A DNA stretch of 64,000 nucleotides from the human T2T-CHM13v2.0 reference genome, Homo sapiens. The position numbers and the translations under genes are program-made. Location of the stretch: assembly GCF_009914755.1 (NCBI RefSeq), contig NC_060945.1; one strand, written 5' to 3'. Positions within the stretch are counted from its first letter, which is position 1. Every line of letters begins with the position of its first letter. Positions 1-14,893 of this stretch are shown here, piece by piece. The notes beneath the pieces were generated by a model. That model searched no databases, was not told the origin of the DNA, and saw only the letters and a list, made by a program, of their open reading frames with translations.

Positions 1-160
1 AGCCAACCTCAGAAAGTATGAGACCCAAATTCAAAGAATGAACTATGCAAATTTCTGGCTCACAGCAAAATTGCACATGTGCAAGGGAGATCTATGAAGC
101 CTAGTGAAAAAGCAGAAAGAAAAAATAATTAAAAACTGTAGAAAGTAAAACCCAATTTCA
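1..160 (+). mobile_element. Possible old L1M 5'-region fragment
   Basis: A-rich stretch with 'gcacatgtgcaagggagatct...gcagaaag', reminiscent of ancient L1M 5' ends; recognised from memory only and highly diverged. Confidence 0.3.
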
Positions 161-164
161 AGTA

Positions 165-188
165 CAAAAACAAAACAAAACAAAACAA
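165..188. repeat. (CAAAA)n short tandem repeat
   Basis: caaaaacaaaacaaaacaaaacaa read directly. Confidence 0.8.
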
Positions 189-878
189 TACCTCACAGAT
201 TTCTAAGTTGCTGAAGACAATGTAATATTTCCTCCCAAGACCAAGAAGAAGTTGATTTGAAAAGAGCAATTACTATACAGACTAGTGTTATATACCATTG
301 GTCTAGTTAGATTTGCTGCGCTTAATGTTACTATTACGTAAAGTTAGTAGTTAGGGTCTCGGACTTTTAAAATAAAAAAAATGTAGGTACTATGATGGCA
401 AATATTGGGGTTCATATTGCAGAACAGTTGAAGTCATATTTCACTGTTGATTGAATATGCCATGGATATGTGAGCATCTTGAGTTGGTTGCACGACTTTT
501 ATACTTCCATTCTGAATGCAAAAAATTAAAGCTTTATGCTTAAATTAAATAATGTGGCTAAGATTGTTAACACGAGCATATAAAACTCAGCTCCTTGAAA
601 TAGCCCACCTAAAAAGATGCTTGCTTTGGGGGAGCTGAATAATTTTCTGGGGACACATCTTTTCTTTGTTTGATTTGTTTGGTTCAAAAAAAAAGCATTC
701 ATATTATGGCTTGATATGCCATAAAATTTTGATTTAAAATCTCAAAAAGCCAGAGAAAGACTATCTACAAAACTGTCAAGATGCATTTTGGATTGTCTCC
801 CTACTTCCATTTTCTTCAAAAGATTTAAATGCAATTTGGATTATAAAAATCGCATTAAGATAGAAAGACTGTGGGATG

Positions 879-1027
879 CATTTCACCTGGGGTGCTTGTT
901 AAAAAACGCAATTTCTGGGATTTCATTCCAGATCTACTCAATGAGACTCTGCAGGTGTGCCCCTAGAATCTGCATTTTTTATGCTTTCCAGATGTTTCTT
1001 ATGCATAGTCAAGTTTGCAAACCACTG
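879..1027. mobile_element. MER5-family (hAT-Charlie) DNA transposon relic
   Basis: 'tcacctggggtgcttgttaaaaa...gaatctgcattttt...aagtttgcaaaccactg' resembles the MER5A/B body and terminus (consensus end ...agtttgagaaccactg). Confidence 0.7.
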
Positions 1028-1984
1028 CTCTCGAGTTTTAATTGACATTAAGTAGAACTTTTAATGGATGCACCCCTAATTTCTGAATTATTAATGATTA
1101 ATAGAATCTGCTTTTACTATACACTCACTAAAATACATAGCTGCTTGGGCTGAAATATACAGATGTGTTGCCTTGCTGAAAAGGGAAGGAAAATCAAAGC
1201 TCAGACTGAGTCATGTTTGAAGTTTAGCCATGAAATTTGATGGCTTTTAGCTGAATTAAATGGCAGGCAAAATGTGTGTCTGTTCTCCACCTCTCTCCTC
1301 TAACAGCGTTTCCCTGTCTTGAGCTAATCCTTATGCAGGGATGTCTTATCACTGCTCACTGAATATCTATAGAAAGACACGAGTTACAAAGTCAAGAGCT
1401 GCAGACTTCTCTAGGTTTCTCCTCGGAACAGTCAGTGACACAGAGCTGTGTCAGGCAGAGCCTGCTGCTGATTTAATTTGATCTTTCTAGGGAGGATTAA
1501 GAATATTGTCCTCAACCCAGTTAGAATGTTGCTGCTAAGTTTCAATGTGTCAGAGGCTTTTTCATTTTCCCAGAGCCAGTGCTGGCTGGCGTGGCGAGTG
1601 ACAACATTGCAGCATTTGCAAAGTGACTACGTCGTAGCATTTGCATTATCTTCCTTGGTGTGCATATCTTTCAACCATGTCAGGGAAGCGGTTGGAAGGA
1701 AAAATCACAGAGCACATAAGAAGGACTTCTGGGCCTGCTCCGGAGGCTTGCAGAGGACATGCCCGAAGGGGTGCATGAAGCCTTCTGTCCCATACCTGTC
1801 CCTTGCCTCGATGGGATTCTGTACACCACAGGTTTCTGTCACCACTTTGCCTTGAAATTGGAGGCCTCAGTTATGAATTTTATAACAACATCCTCAAATA
1901 AGGCCTCACTTTGCAGTGGGTGCCTAACTTAAGGATGATTTTTAAATGACTGTGTCATGTTTGTAAAGACACTTTGTACTTATC

Positions 1985-2135
1985 GAAGTGCTTGCATATA
2001 TACCATCTCATTTAATGCTTGCCAAGATTCTGTTAGGTATGCGAGGCAGGTACTGTTATCTTCACTTTATGAATGAGGAAAAGGCACACAGAAGCTAATA
2101 ACAAGTGAAGTCAACACTGGGTCTGAAATTTGTAA
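1985..2135 (-). mobile_element. MIR SINE fragment
   Basis: 'atctcatttaat...gaggcaggtactgttatcttcactttatgaatgaggaaaaggcacacag' resembles the antisense MIR core. Confidence 0.6.
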
Positions 2136-2275
2136 ACTCTGATATAAAAAAGAAATCGTATCTCTGGAAAGAAAACTGTTGCAAACTATACACCTGCTTT
2201 CCAAAACATGTGTGGCTCTTCAGTAGCTATTTTGCTGCCTTCTACCTACTCCGGTGTGCTGTTGGCTATGTCCAG

Positions 2276-2387
2276 TGCTGAGGACTGGGGAGGAGGCTTT
2301 TCTTCCCGCTTTAGGATCATGGTGATGTCCTTGCTGAGGACTGGGGAGGAGGCTTTTCCTCCCACTTTAGGATCATGGTGATGTCCT
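2276..2387. repeat. 56-bp tandem duplication (2 copies)
   Basis: tgctgaggactggggaggaggctttt...taggatcatggtgatgtcct starts at 2276 and again at 2332, with 2 substitutions. Confidence 0.9.
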
Positions 2388-3940
2388 TCCAGAATTTGAA
2401 CTGTGCTTTGGTCCTGAGCATGTCCTGGGGTGCAACATTCATTGTTCTCATTTGTTAGAGAATACAAGATCAGAATTTAAATAGTCACTGTTTTCCAAGA
2501 TGCAAAGTGATACGCTCTTGGTGTTTTAAAATCCTATCTGTTGATCTGATTGGCTGGTATTCCAGTCTTCCCTGTTTATTGCTCTGTGACTGGTGGGATT
2601 TGCCAATAGGTCCAAGTACTTTCTCTTTCCAGAAGCATACCATAATATTGGTGTAGGATTTGTGGCCGGAACTTACTGGGCATCACCCCAGTTACTGTCC
2701 TAATACCTCATATTGTGTCAGAAGCTGACAATAGGAGTTGAAAATGCCATAATATGAATCTGTTCTCATAGTGAAGATCGTAATGAGAACGGGAAAAGCT
2801 GCAGACCGAACCAGTTCTCATTATGTTCTGAAGCCACATTTCCTCCCCACAACATGAATTGTATGGTCCAGGCTCTTTAATCAAGAAATGTTCCATTTGA
2901 AAGCATTCCTCATCCCACAGAAAACACAAATTTCACTTTGGAGCACATATCTAGTAGGAGAATTTGTTTTCTCATTCAATTAACCAGATTGAAAATGTAA
3001 GAACACTATTATGGAAGCTTCAATGTCAATGTGTGTGTGTATGATGATTGTTGCTAATTAAAAATAAGCTGATTTAGGACATTTGAAGCAAAGAAGCACT
3101 CACATTCCCTTATCTCAGCATTTAAACAGTGCCTGGACTCTGTGCCCTCTGCCCACATTATCTGGCTGTGCGTGGCATAGCTTCTGGCTGCAATAGTGGG
3201 AAAGAATTTAGCAGATGTTCAAAAACAAATACATTGTTAGCTTATATTGTTGTTGTTGTTAAGGCTGCTTCACGTATTTTAAATTTTTCTTTTCCTTCTG
3301 GGAGAGGAGTTACTACTATTAACAATTCTGCACATTGCTTGAGGCAATGATAAACCATATTACCCTATTTATTTTACTCTCATTGCTATTTGAGAAAATG
3401 GTGGGCCATATATGCTTGTAGATTAGCTGGTGTCTTTTTGAAGCTACTGGCAAGGCTATGTTTAAAGTTTCAATTCTAATAAAAATGTGTTTAAAGCAAC
3501 CAATGGCACCGTACAGGGAATGGCAGAGGAAAGGTCATTCTGTGTGTCCTGCAGCCTCAGAAGTGGGATCTTCCCCACACTTTTCTGTGAAGACAATGCA
3601 ATTCAGAGCAGAGACATCTTCAAAGCTGCTTTGCACATGATGGTAATGAAGGATTGCAATGTGAGATCACTGGGATTCCCAATACCACAAACACTGGTGT
3701 TATGAAAGGATGCTTAGTCCCAGCATGCCTAAGAAAACTAAATCTGATTCCTAGTCTTGGAAATCCCATCTCATGCATGATGCCATGTTTCCAAAACTGG
3801 AACATTTCTACTGACTTATTTCCATGACTTCCTTTGCTCCAGCCACTGAACACTCACTCCCGGTGTGTCCTTACTAAAATGTTAGTTAATGTGTTATCTG
3901 TTCATGATAGTGCAGCTGTCTGCATAACTTCTGTGTATTT

Positions 3941-4245
3941 GTTTATTTATTTAATTTATTTTTTTGAGATGGATTCTTGCTCTGTTGTCCAGGCTGAAGT
4001 GAATTGGCGCGATCTCGGCTCACTGCAACCTCCACCTCCTGGGTTCAAACGATTCTCATGTCAGCCTCCCGAGTAGCTGGGATTACAGGCACACACCACC
4101 ATGCCCAGCTATTTTTTGTATTTTTAGTAGAGACAGGGTTTCACCGTGTTGGCCAGGCTGGTCTTGAGCTCCTGACCTCAAGTGATCTGCCTGCCTCTGC
4201 CTCCCAATGTGCTGGGATTACATGGGTGAGCTGCCACTCCTGGCC
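3941..4245 (-). mobile_element. Full-length AluS (Sx/Sz-like) SINE
   Basis: T-rich tail, then antisense Alu body ('ttggccaggctggtcttgagctcctgacctcaagtgat') ending cctggcc; 15-bp target-site duplication aacttctgtgtattt at 3926-3940 and 4246-4260. Confidence 0.95.
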
Positions 4246-4427
4246 AACTTCTGTGTATTTATTGAGGGAGGTGATTTGGGTGGGGATGGTGGAAGGATTG
4301 GGGCATGTGAAAGAGAAGGAGTCCTGGTTTGTAAGTTAGATCATGTGAGGGATAGGGATAGGGAGTGGAGCACAGGGTGAATGAGACCACACACGTGTAA
4401 GAGGGAATGATGAGCAGGCAGGAAGAG

Positions 4428-4886
4428 AGGGTTGGTGTAGGAAAGGGTTGGTGCAGGAAAGGGGTGGTGTAGGAAAGGGTGGTATAGGAAAGGGGTGGTG
4501 TAGGAAAGGGTGGTGTAGGAAAGGGGTGGTGTAGGAAAGGGGTGGTGTAGGAAAGGGTGGTGTAGGGAAGGGTTGGTGTAGGGAAGGGGTGGTGTAGGAA
4601 AGGGGTGGTGTAGGAAAGGGATGTTGTAGGAAAGGGTGTTGCAGGAAAGTGTTGGTGTAGGCAAGGGTTGGTGTAGGAAAGGTGTGGTGTAGGGAAGGGG
4701 TGATATAGGAAAAGTTTGGTGTAGGAAAGGCTTGGTGTAGGAAAGGCTTGGTGTAGGAAAGATTTGGTGTAGGAAAGGGGTGTTGTAGGAAAGGGTTGAT
4801 GTAGGAAAGATTTGGTGTACGAAGGGATTGGTGTAGGAAAGGGGTTGTGTAGGAAAGTGTTGGTGTAGGAAAGGGGTGGTGTAGGG
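4428..4886. repeat. G-rich minisatellite, ~16-bp unit (GGTGTAGGAAAGGGGT and variants), roughly 28 copies
   Basis: Tandem ggtgtaggaaagg(g/t)... units read directly; they generate the low-complexity minus-strand ORFs at 4259-4989. Confidence 0.92.
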
Positions 4887-6847
4887 TGCTGACATTTGCA
4901 TAAATTGCACTGGGGTAGGAGTGGATGATGATGGAAAGTTGGAAGAATGTGATATTTTGGTGGAAATAACAACTTAGAAACTGAGTCATCTTTTAGCTAC
5001 AGAGAAGGGTATTCCCTTCACCATATAGTGAGCGGTTGCTGTATCCATGGCTCTTGACAAAGATGTTCACTTTGTGCCTTTTCCTGCATTATTGGCATCT
5101 GGAGTTCTAACAGCCAAGAGAGACAGAGGTCATAGTGGAATCAATATTTCTATTACAGATAAGAAAATCCCAGAAGGAGGGCCTACATAGATTAACCTGT
5201 ACACAACCAAACTAAGATTTAAGAATTTTTCTGAAGATAATCCTGGGATTATGTCTCACATTTCATTTTAAGCTTCTTTCTTCATTTCCCTTTGCTTTAT
5301 ATTTCTCTCTCCTATTTTATTCCTCCTTGAAATAAAATGGGACAATAATGTGTTTTAAATGTAGAATCAAGGAGTAACAAGAAATCATCATTTCAACTGC
5401 TATCATGTCCAGTGAAATTAAATGCTTGGATAATTACTTTGTTAATTACTAACAACTCCAAAATTCTGATTCTCAATCCACAGTCTATTGAATCATATAA
5501 ATGGCTTGCTTTTATTGAATGGAAAAAGACAAAGAAGAAAAAGAGTGTCCAGTAGAGAGGAGGAGAAAGCACTACAGGGAACACTAGGGTCCCCATGATA
5601 AGTTCACTTTATTCCACTCCATAGTTCCTGTTAATTAGGAGCTTCCAATCATTGCAGCAACATGGGTTCCTACACTTCAATCCAACCCCTCCTCTTCTAC
5701 TATCCCTAACTTTGACTAGTATGAGATGAATACTTGAGCTCAGCAACTTCCCATGGCTTTCGAATCTCAGGAGTTGTTCTTACTCTTTTTGATATAACAA
5801 CCCTCAATTAATGTTTGGTATTCTTATGCAACCAGTGGGAAAACAAGTATGCATCTGGAAAGCTTAGAAAATATAGAGATAGTCATATACCTAGGCTTGT
5901 TTTTATTTTAATTGAGTAATTTGCAAAGGTATCTTCTATATTAATAAATGCACATTCAATTCAAACAGATTGATATTGAATTAATAGGAAGTAATAAATT
6001 GGTTTATTTATGCTAGTGGAATTAAAAAATCTTGCTACTCTATACATTCAATTTCTAGTCCCTACTTTGAAAAGAGCATTTTCTTCCTTTTGAAATATAT
6101 TTGAGCATAGTAACTTTCAAGGTCCTAAGTTTATTGGCATAATTTAATGGAAAAATGTATGCTCTAAAGCATTCATTTTTTTCCCCAAGCTTTGTGGTTT
6201 TCAATTTCTCATCTACTGGATGGCTTTTAGTTTACATGGCAGAACAGAATCTTCTCAACTTTTTGATTCCCCTGATAAAATATTCAATAGAGAATTAAGC
6301 CAAAATTTGCTTCACCCAAGGACATGATCTCATCCTTATTCTTGTCTTCATGCCTATTGAAATACAGCTATTCTTATATGTATTTAGCTAAGTGATAGGC
6401 TTAAGCATCAGTTATCTTTTTTGGCTAATTTGTTTCAAAAGTAATTGAGCCCATGTACACATGAAATAATATGTAAAACAGTAAAGATCCCTGTACACAA
6501 CAGTATTGAAGCCACTGTAATATTTCAAGACTAAATTAGACACTCTCTTCCTAGCCCCCTTTCACTCCTCCACCCTCCACCACATAGGACACTTTCTGGA
6601 AAAGAAGTCCAGGCAAAGAGACGTTAGTTTAATTGTTGCTAACGTCATATAAAAATGATCACCAACTTGGAATTTCTGAATTCACATGAAAGGGTGATAC
6701 TGAGTTTAAACGTAAAGTTTCATATCCCATTGGTGTCAAAATTGGTGGATAGAAAGAGTACAGGATTGTAAAGCAATTTCAGAGCAAGCTTCTAATGGCA
6801 ACTTTAGTCCACAGTTTGGATCCTGTGCCCACCTGACATCTATTCTT

Positions 6848-7089
<242 letters not shown>

Positions 7090-10000
7090 CTGAAATCTAT
7101 TCTTAGCTGTAGGTGGGGACCAGGACCAGAATCTTCAGAGCAGGCCCTAGAAAGCTGGGAAGTCAGGGGATTCCACTACAGGTTTCTCTATTCTGTCGGC
7201 ATTTTAAGTGGTTCTGTTTAGATCTAGGCACATTAGAGCTACCCCTCAAACAGACGACGACTCTTAAGAGCCCCGGAATTTCTTTATTACCCAGGGAGTC
7301 ACTGGGGACTGGCAGTAGGTGCCAGGTTTGGCGATGGCGTTTTGTGAATCACTGAGCTCATCTCAGGGCAGAGCAGCTTCCTAATGTGACTGTCATCTCC
7401 TCTTCCTTTCCCTCCAACACCAGCCACACTTCACCACACTGGCCAGGTGTTTACCAACCTACCCCTTCGTACAAAGTTCAACCTGACATTGTTTGGTAGT
7501 CAATGATATAAAGCTTGTTGTCTAAGTCAGCATCTGCAGTTTTACCGACTGATAGAAAGGTACAAGATAGAATATGATTCGGGACAGGAGTCATCAACGT
7601 GTTGCCTTTCTGTTGCATGGAATGAACGTTTTGAAGTTGGAAGTGTCCTGAAATTTCAGGACTTCATCTTAAAGATGAAAAAAAGATGAGGTGTCATGCA
7701 CAGCTATTTTGTGGCAGCATTTGAATTCAACCCCAAGTCAAGTTATGATATCTCCTGTGTCAGAGGAAAGTACTTTTGATAATCCTAGAAATATCAAGAC
7801 TCCAGTGGCAGTGAATATTTGATTTCCACTTTGAAATGTAGATCACATTAGCAGGATATTCCCTAAAGGAGCTTTATACACAGTTGGTCCTCCCTCTGTC
7901 AACCTCATCTCCGACTCAAGTGGATCGAGTTCAAAACAGCCACACTTGTTCCAGAAGCCAATTTTGTTTGGGCCATAATATAGAGATGGTCCCATCCAGC
8001 CTTTAAGCATGCTAAGCACAGGTAGCTGTTTGTTACAATAGTTGAAAGGAGAAAGCCATAAAAACAAAGTCTCCCACTATTTCATCCAATTTAAAATTGC
8101 GGAAGGTGACAGAAAATATAACTGAAAGCTTTCCCTAACCTCTCTTTAAAGAAGTCCTAGAAAAAAAAAAGAAAGCATTTATTTCCTTGATGATTTCTAA
8201 GTAATAACTAAATATGGATGCAATTTTGAACCGTGTATGGATGTTCCCAGTATAATGTTCCTCTTTTGGAGACATCGCATCATATTTATTTATCTCACTC
8301 CCTGTCCTTTCCCCCATTAAAGTGGACCTGTGCATAGTTGATGCTTGTACCAAGATACACACCTTCTTCCTGTTTCCAGGACGGTACGATGGGAGGCAGG
8401 AGTGAGTGTCCGGAAAGAGGGAAGAAAAAAAAAAAACAAATCTCATCATTGTTTATTTGTCTACTGCTTTTGGCTCTGCTGAGATGTGAAGTCATTCTCA
8501 TTTCATTGTGTTCGGAAGTATAGCCTGCGACTTGTTGAAAGCTTAGCGCTAGACCTGCCTCTCAGAGACTTGCTCCCTCTGGAAATGCCCAGCTGAGGAT
8601 GCGCGTGGTGCGTGTTGAAGAACACTGCCTTAGAGGTGGACACTTGGGGACAGGTGCGCTGCGGCCGGACTCGTGGACAGTTGCGCTGCGGCTGGAGCTG
8701 GCCCCGCATTTCTTCACTTTCTGAATCGTAATGCCCTCAGTGAGTTGCAATTTCATATTGCTACATTTGTTTTTACTGGTGTTAAATTCCGGCAGTTAAA
8801 TCTTTCAAGGGTTACTAAAAAATGCGAATATTTGTGTATTTACATGTCTAAGGAGAAGACCCTTTGGCAATCCAGGAGGAGACAAGGACTCAGGCTTTTT
8901 CTTCCAGTTAACTGTGGAGGACACGCCGTTGCTGCTGTGGCTGCTGAAGGAGGAGAAATCTCCTTGTTCTCCCGTCTTCCTGCTCTCCAGTCCCCTGTCT
9001 GGGCTTCCCATTTGCTGAACACAGCCAGATGCCAGCCGAGCTCAGGAAGCGTAGTTTGCAGGGGGTGTATCCAGAGACACAGCTCGGAGCAAGGGAAGCG
9101 AGAGGAAGAGATCCAACCTTAGGACAAAGGGCCAAGAACTTGGAGAGGACTTGGCCTAGGAGACAATCTAGGGCAAGCACGTTATCCAGGGTGACTGGGC
9201 AGGCAGAGAAACCCCAAGAGGCATAGAGCTCATGTCCGTCCAAAGTAGGAGAGTCTGGGCTCTGCTCTCGGAGTCGGAGCTGGGGGCCTTCAGGGTACTT
9301 CCTATGGAGACAGCCTAGTTTATCAGAAAAAAGGGAACTTTCTTTTTTACCATCTAGCCTTCACCTTGGCAGGGAGACAGGTGTTTTGAGTAGAAACACT
9401 TCAACTCGACATGTCAAACCAGTGCTTCAGCAGAGCTGTGTCTGGCCCGCCCACCTCTCCCCTACCCTCGGTTTTGGTCCAGAGTCTATTCTGAATGTCT
9501 GATGTCTCTCTTGGTTAGTGTGATTGAAATACGGCAGAAAGCCGATTGCATCGTGTGGGGAAGTTGAAATCAATGCAACCAACAATTATATTAACGGTCT
9601 AGTTAAGAATAAAAAAGTAATAAAACAGACGTGCCTTGGTGAACATTTATTTTCTATGGAGAAATAAACATAGTTGCTGCTTTTGGACTCCACCCTGGGC
9701 AACAAGGTAATGAATGTGGAGTTAGGTGGTGACTAAAGAATTTGGATTCTTTCCTCCAGGTTACAATGCTCGTTAAGGGGCAGCCTGTAATGAAACCTGC
9801 GATATGTGCTAGAACCAACTAAATGATTATTTTAAAAGTCACAGTCTGCATGGGGCTTCATAAATTCACGCCAGGGAGAGCTGTCTAATGGGATTGCCAC
9901 CTTCCACCCCCAACGCAGACTTCAAAGCTCCTTGCTAGGTCTCCACTCAAAGGCTTATCCCATGGCCCGAGCAAGGAAGGCCTTTGTGTGTGAAAACACC

Positions 10001-11162
10001 TGCCACCCAGCTTCAGGAGCACTGAGCGCTTTCGGCATGGCCGTCCCCACTGGCCCACATGGCATTTCTTACAGTGAGCTTGGTTTTTGACTGCATTGTT
10101 TTGCTTAACAAGCTGTTTTTTTTCTACAGATGTAACCTTTTCCTGTGTTTCCTGACTGGGACATCAGCCAGGTATTCTAGCCAACTTTGGTAGATATATA
10201 TCATTGTTTTTGTGCCAGGCTTGTTTTAAAAAATCTACCTATTGCTTGCCCTGATCAATCCATCACTACCCTTGAAAAGGTCATGGTTCTCTCATCAGGA
10301 AACTTTTCAAAAATCCTTGGCTGTGATTTATCTTATGTTATGGGCTCTGACAGTGATTCTCAGGAAGTGAGGCCCATTAGTTTCTTGTAAGGTCACTCCC
10401 CTGCTGTTGCATGCAGAGTGAGTATCAGTTGTGCTTGCCTGAGTTTGAAGCATCCTCTTGGGTGATTTCAAGGGGGGCAAAGGCAGGGCCATGACTGGTT
10501 TCTGTGTGGAGACTCACACGGGTGAGACAGGTGATCCATGGTGGAGAGGGAGGGTGTCTCTTGTAGGTGCTAGAGCCTCAAAGATAGCTCTTATTTTCAA
10601 TCCTGCTTCTCCAAGATTCAGTTCACAAAGATAAGCATGCCTGGAAATATTTAATATTTTATCTTATTATATTCATATTCTGTGGTTGTTTAAAAATTCT
10701 TCAGTATGTTATAAACAAATGTTTCTGATTGCCCATAAGCTTCGTAGGGACATTAATTATTACTGACATGAGAAATTAAAGGCAGCCTAGATATTATTTT
10801 TAGGAATTACAGCATTTGAAAATCATATTCAGTGAATTTCAGAGAAATTATATCTATACTATTTAACACCGAGTAATGTTTAGTGAAAGGGTCAGACACT
10901 TTGGGGTAAAAAGCGGCATTATGAAGTCAAATAATTTGTTTTCATGTTTAGGAAGACATTTTTAGGGATATAGTTTTGGTTATATGAATTCTTTGTGATA
11001 AGGGCAAAATCAGATATTATACAGGAAGCATTTATGATACCCATTCAATTGTAAGATCTCACTATTTTCCCATTCAATAATCTCAGCCACCTAAAATACG
11101 TCCAGTGTATATTTTCTGTTCTTTCTAGATATATCGTCATTTCAAATGCTCATTTCAGCCAT

Positions 11163-11295
11163 GATCATTTATTCCAGAAGCACTTGTTAGGACATTATAC
11201 TTATTTCCTTTAAGTATAAGGTCCTGTGTTGACTACTGAGAATGAAAAACTGAACAAGACAGAAAGTCCCACCTTGAAGAGCTTCCAAGTGTAGC
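11163..11295 (-). mobile_element. L2 LINE 3'-end fragment
   Basis: 'tcatttattc...ctgtgttg...tgaacaagacagaaagtcccaccttgaagagcttcca' resembles the antisense L2 3' terminus. Confidence 0.6.
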
Positions 11296-12394
11296 GAGTC
11301 TCCTGGCATCAGGTATGGCTGGTATCATGGAAACACTCGGCTGACTGTCCAGGAGATGCTGGTTAAGAGGTGGAAGGTGATGGCGTGAAATCAAGTTCAG
11401 GTTCAGGGGACACTCCTGAGAGCATTCCTGCCCTGTCCCCGTGGCCTGAGCGGCCTTCTCAGTTGCACAGGTAGGTTTTCTCTGCTCTGCACTCCCTCTG
11501 TCCCAAGGTACCCTTTAGCAAAGTGTAAATTTGTAAGAGTGGTTAGCCCTGGACTTTATCTCAAGTCTGTAATAAGGGCACCTACACTAAGACTGAAACT
11601 GGAACATGCTATTGGTGATCAAAACATCAGTGTTAATAAGTCACTTAAGTTACATTTATGGACTGGAGAAAGAAATGGAAGAAAATCAGAGTACAAATAA
11701 TAAATGGTTACCAGGTCCCTAGATCTGAAAGGGCGAATACATTCATGCAGTAGGTGTCCAGGATACTCATGTGGTCCTCCTTCATGCTTAGGAACACAGA
11801 CGCTCATCTTCACTATGCAAACCAGAGCCTGCGTGCCTTTCGTGGTCCTTCATATTTGCAGTGTGTGGGTTGGAGTTGCTTTCTTAGCCATGAAAGTGAC
11901 TGAAGGGAATATCAGAGTCTGTTAATGAATGATGCTTAGAGATTTCATTTTCAAAATATATTTTTAAATTACCTAATTATATGATATTGTATTGGAAAGT
12001 TCTTAGATTAGGTTTCACTTTAGAAATGTGATTTGGCCCTAAGAGTGATAGGAAAGAAATATGTTCCTAATTATTCTCAGATAATTAAAATTCATGCTGT
12101 TCTTTATGCTTGTTGAATTAAACATAAAGGGAAGACATCTTATTGTTTAATAATTAAAATAATTTGAATTAGATTTTAAATTGGCCTCAGGAAGATCACC
12201 TTGGTTCATTTACTGATAATACATTCCAAAACTGATGATTCTAACTACTTACCTTTGAAGGAAAAAATTTGGCTTTTTTTCCTCATTTCTTCTCTCCCTC
12301 CTCCTTGAGAGTAATGTGGTGTGGTGGAAGAAAGATTTGCTGAGTGTTTGGAAGCTTACGTTTTAGCTTGGCCTCCAATATTTCCTCATAGTAA

Positions 12395-12555
12395 ATCTCT
12401 AAAGCCCTTTGAATTCTTTGAATTCAATTTCCTCTGTGGCAAAATGGAGCTAGTAATGCAACCTCATGCAAACAACAGAGACTCAGATGAGAGAACTGAT
12501 ATGAAGACATTAATACAGCTGCAAAACATTATATAAATGCAAGGTATTATAATTA
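12395..12555 (+). mobile_element. MIR-family SINE fragment
   Basis: 'tcaatttcctctgtggcaaaatggagctagtaatgcaacctcat...ataaatgcaaggtattat' resembles the MIR core and 3' end. Confidence 0.55.
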
Positions 12556-12821
12556 CTAGTTCTGGTTCAATACAAGGCACTCCATGCATGTGGAAAATAA
12601 CTACCTATGGCCAAAAGGCGCATCATGAGTGTCTCCTCCTGCCACGGCTCCCCAGGTCTTCCGTCATCCCATTTCATTCCTAGAGGCAACCACTGTTCCT
12701 GGTGAGTGCTAAGGACCTTCTGGAAATAGCGACACAGCAAGAGATTTTGCTAAGTATGTTTAATAGACATAGGGCCCACTTCCCAGGAGAATACCTTTTA
12801 ATTTTAGTAGGACACAGTTTT

Positions 12822-12874
12822 CTCAAGATTTGCTCAAGATTTAAGGAATCGTACTTGCTCAAGATTTAAGGAAT
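12822..12874. repeat. Short direct repeat (ttgctcaagatttaaggaat x2, period 25 bp, plus a partial copy)
   Basis: Copies at 12830-12849 and 12855-12874; partial ctcaagattt at 12822. Confidence 0.8.
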
Positions 12875-13314
12875 ACCACTTAGGAATTTTTTTGGTTAAA
12901 ATAGAAAAGAGTAGGATCTGTATGCTGTTAGCTTGCTGAACCAGCCATTTCTCAGATGTGGGGTGAAATTCATGGAGTACCACCGAAGGGGTGGAAATAA
13001 CACAAGGAGCATGAGGTATCAGCCACATAGCTGCCTTCACTACCCAAAAGGTAGCATTTCTTTTCAAAGCTGTTTCTCCCCTTTCTCGTTTGTAGATCAC
13101 TGGGTGACAGCTCTGACAGAAACGAATAGCAGGTGGGATGACATGCGTTCGTGGGATTTAGGTTATAGTTTGGCTGTAACATATTGCTGTGTCTCTTTTT
13201 CCAGACATGCCTTCATTTCGTAGGCTCAACACCTCTTTTCAACGTAATGATTAGATTCAAGGCCTGCATTTCAGTCAAGACGTAGTCACGAGTCACTGTG
13301 TTCTTATTGTCACA

Positions 13315-14776
<1,462 letters not shown>

Positions 14777-14825
14777 CTAAGACAACCGTGGGAACCACTG
14801 TGACGGGAGAAACCGCTCGCGCCTA

Positions 14826-14893
14826 GCGCATGCGCATTGGCTGAGCCGACTCACGCTCCACTCCTGACAGATAGGCTGCGTCCCCTTTAAATA
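14826..14893 (+). promoter_or_regulatory. Promoter-like module repeated per monomer: NRF1 palindrome, inverted CCAAT, TATA-like box
   Basis: GCGCATGCGCA at 14826-14836, ATTGG at 14836-14840, TTTAAATA at 14886-14893, followed by a CpG-dense stretch; function is inferred from motifs only. Confidence 0.5.

Noticed and set aside
3834-4339. 80-aa and 111-aa ORFs
   Set aside because: Typical antisense Alu translations.
4259-4989. Three overlapping 189-237 aa minus-strand ORFs
   Set aside because: They are translations of the minisatellite (PFPTP/LSYT repeats), open in all three frames, with no coding signal.
5140-5350. Short MIR-like words (ttacagataagaaaat; taaaatgggacaataat)
   Set aside because: Too short and diverged to call without a profile search.
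8503-9243. Cluster of 60-149 aa ORFs on both strands
   Set aside because: No recognisable protein similarity; explained by locally higher GC content.
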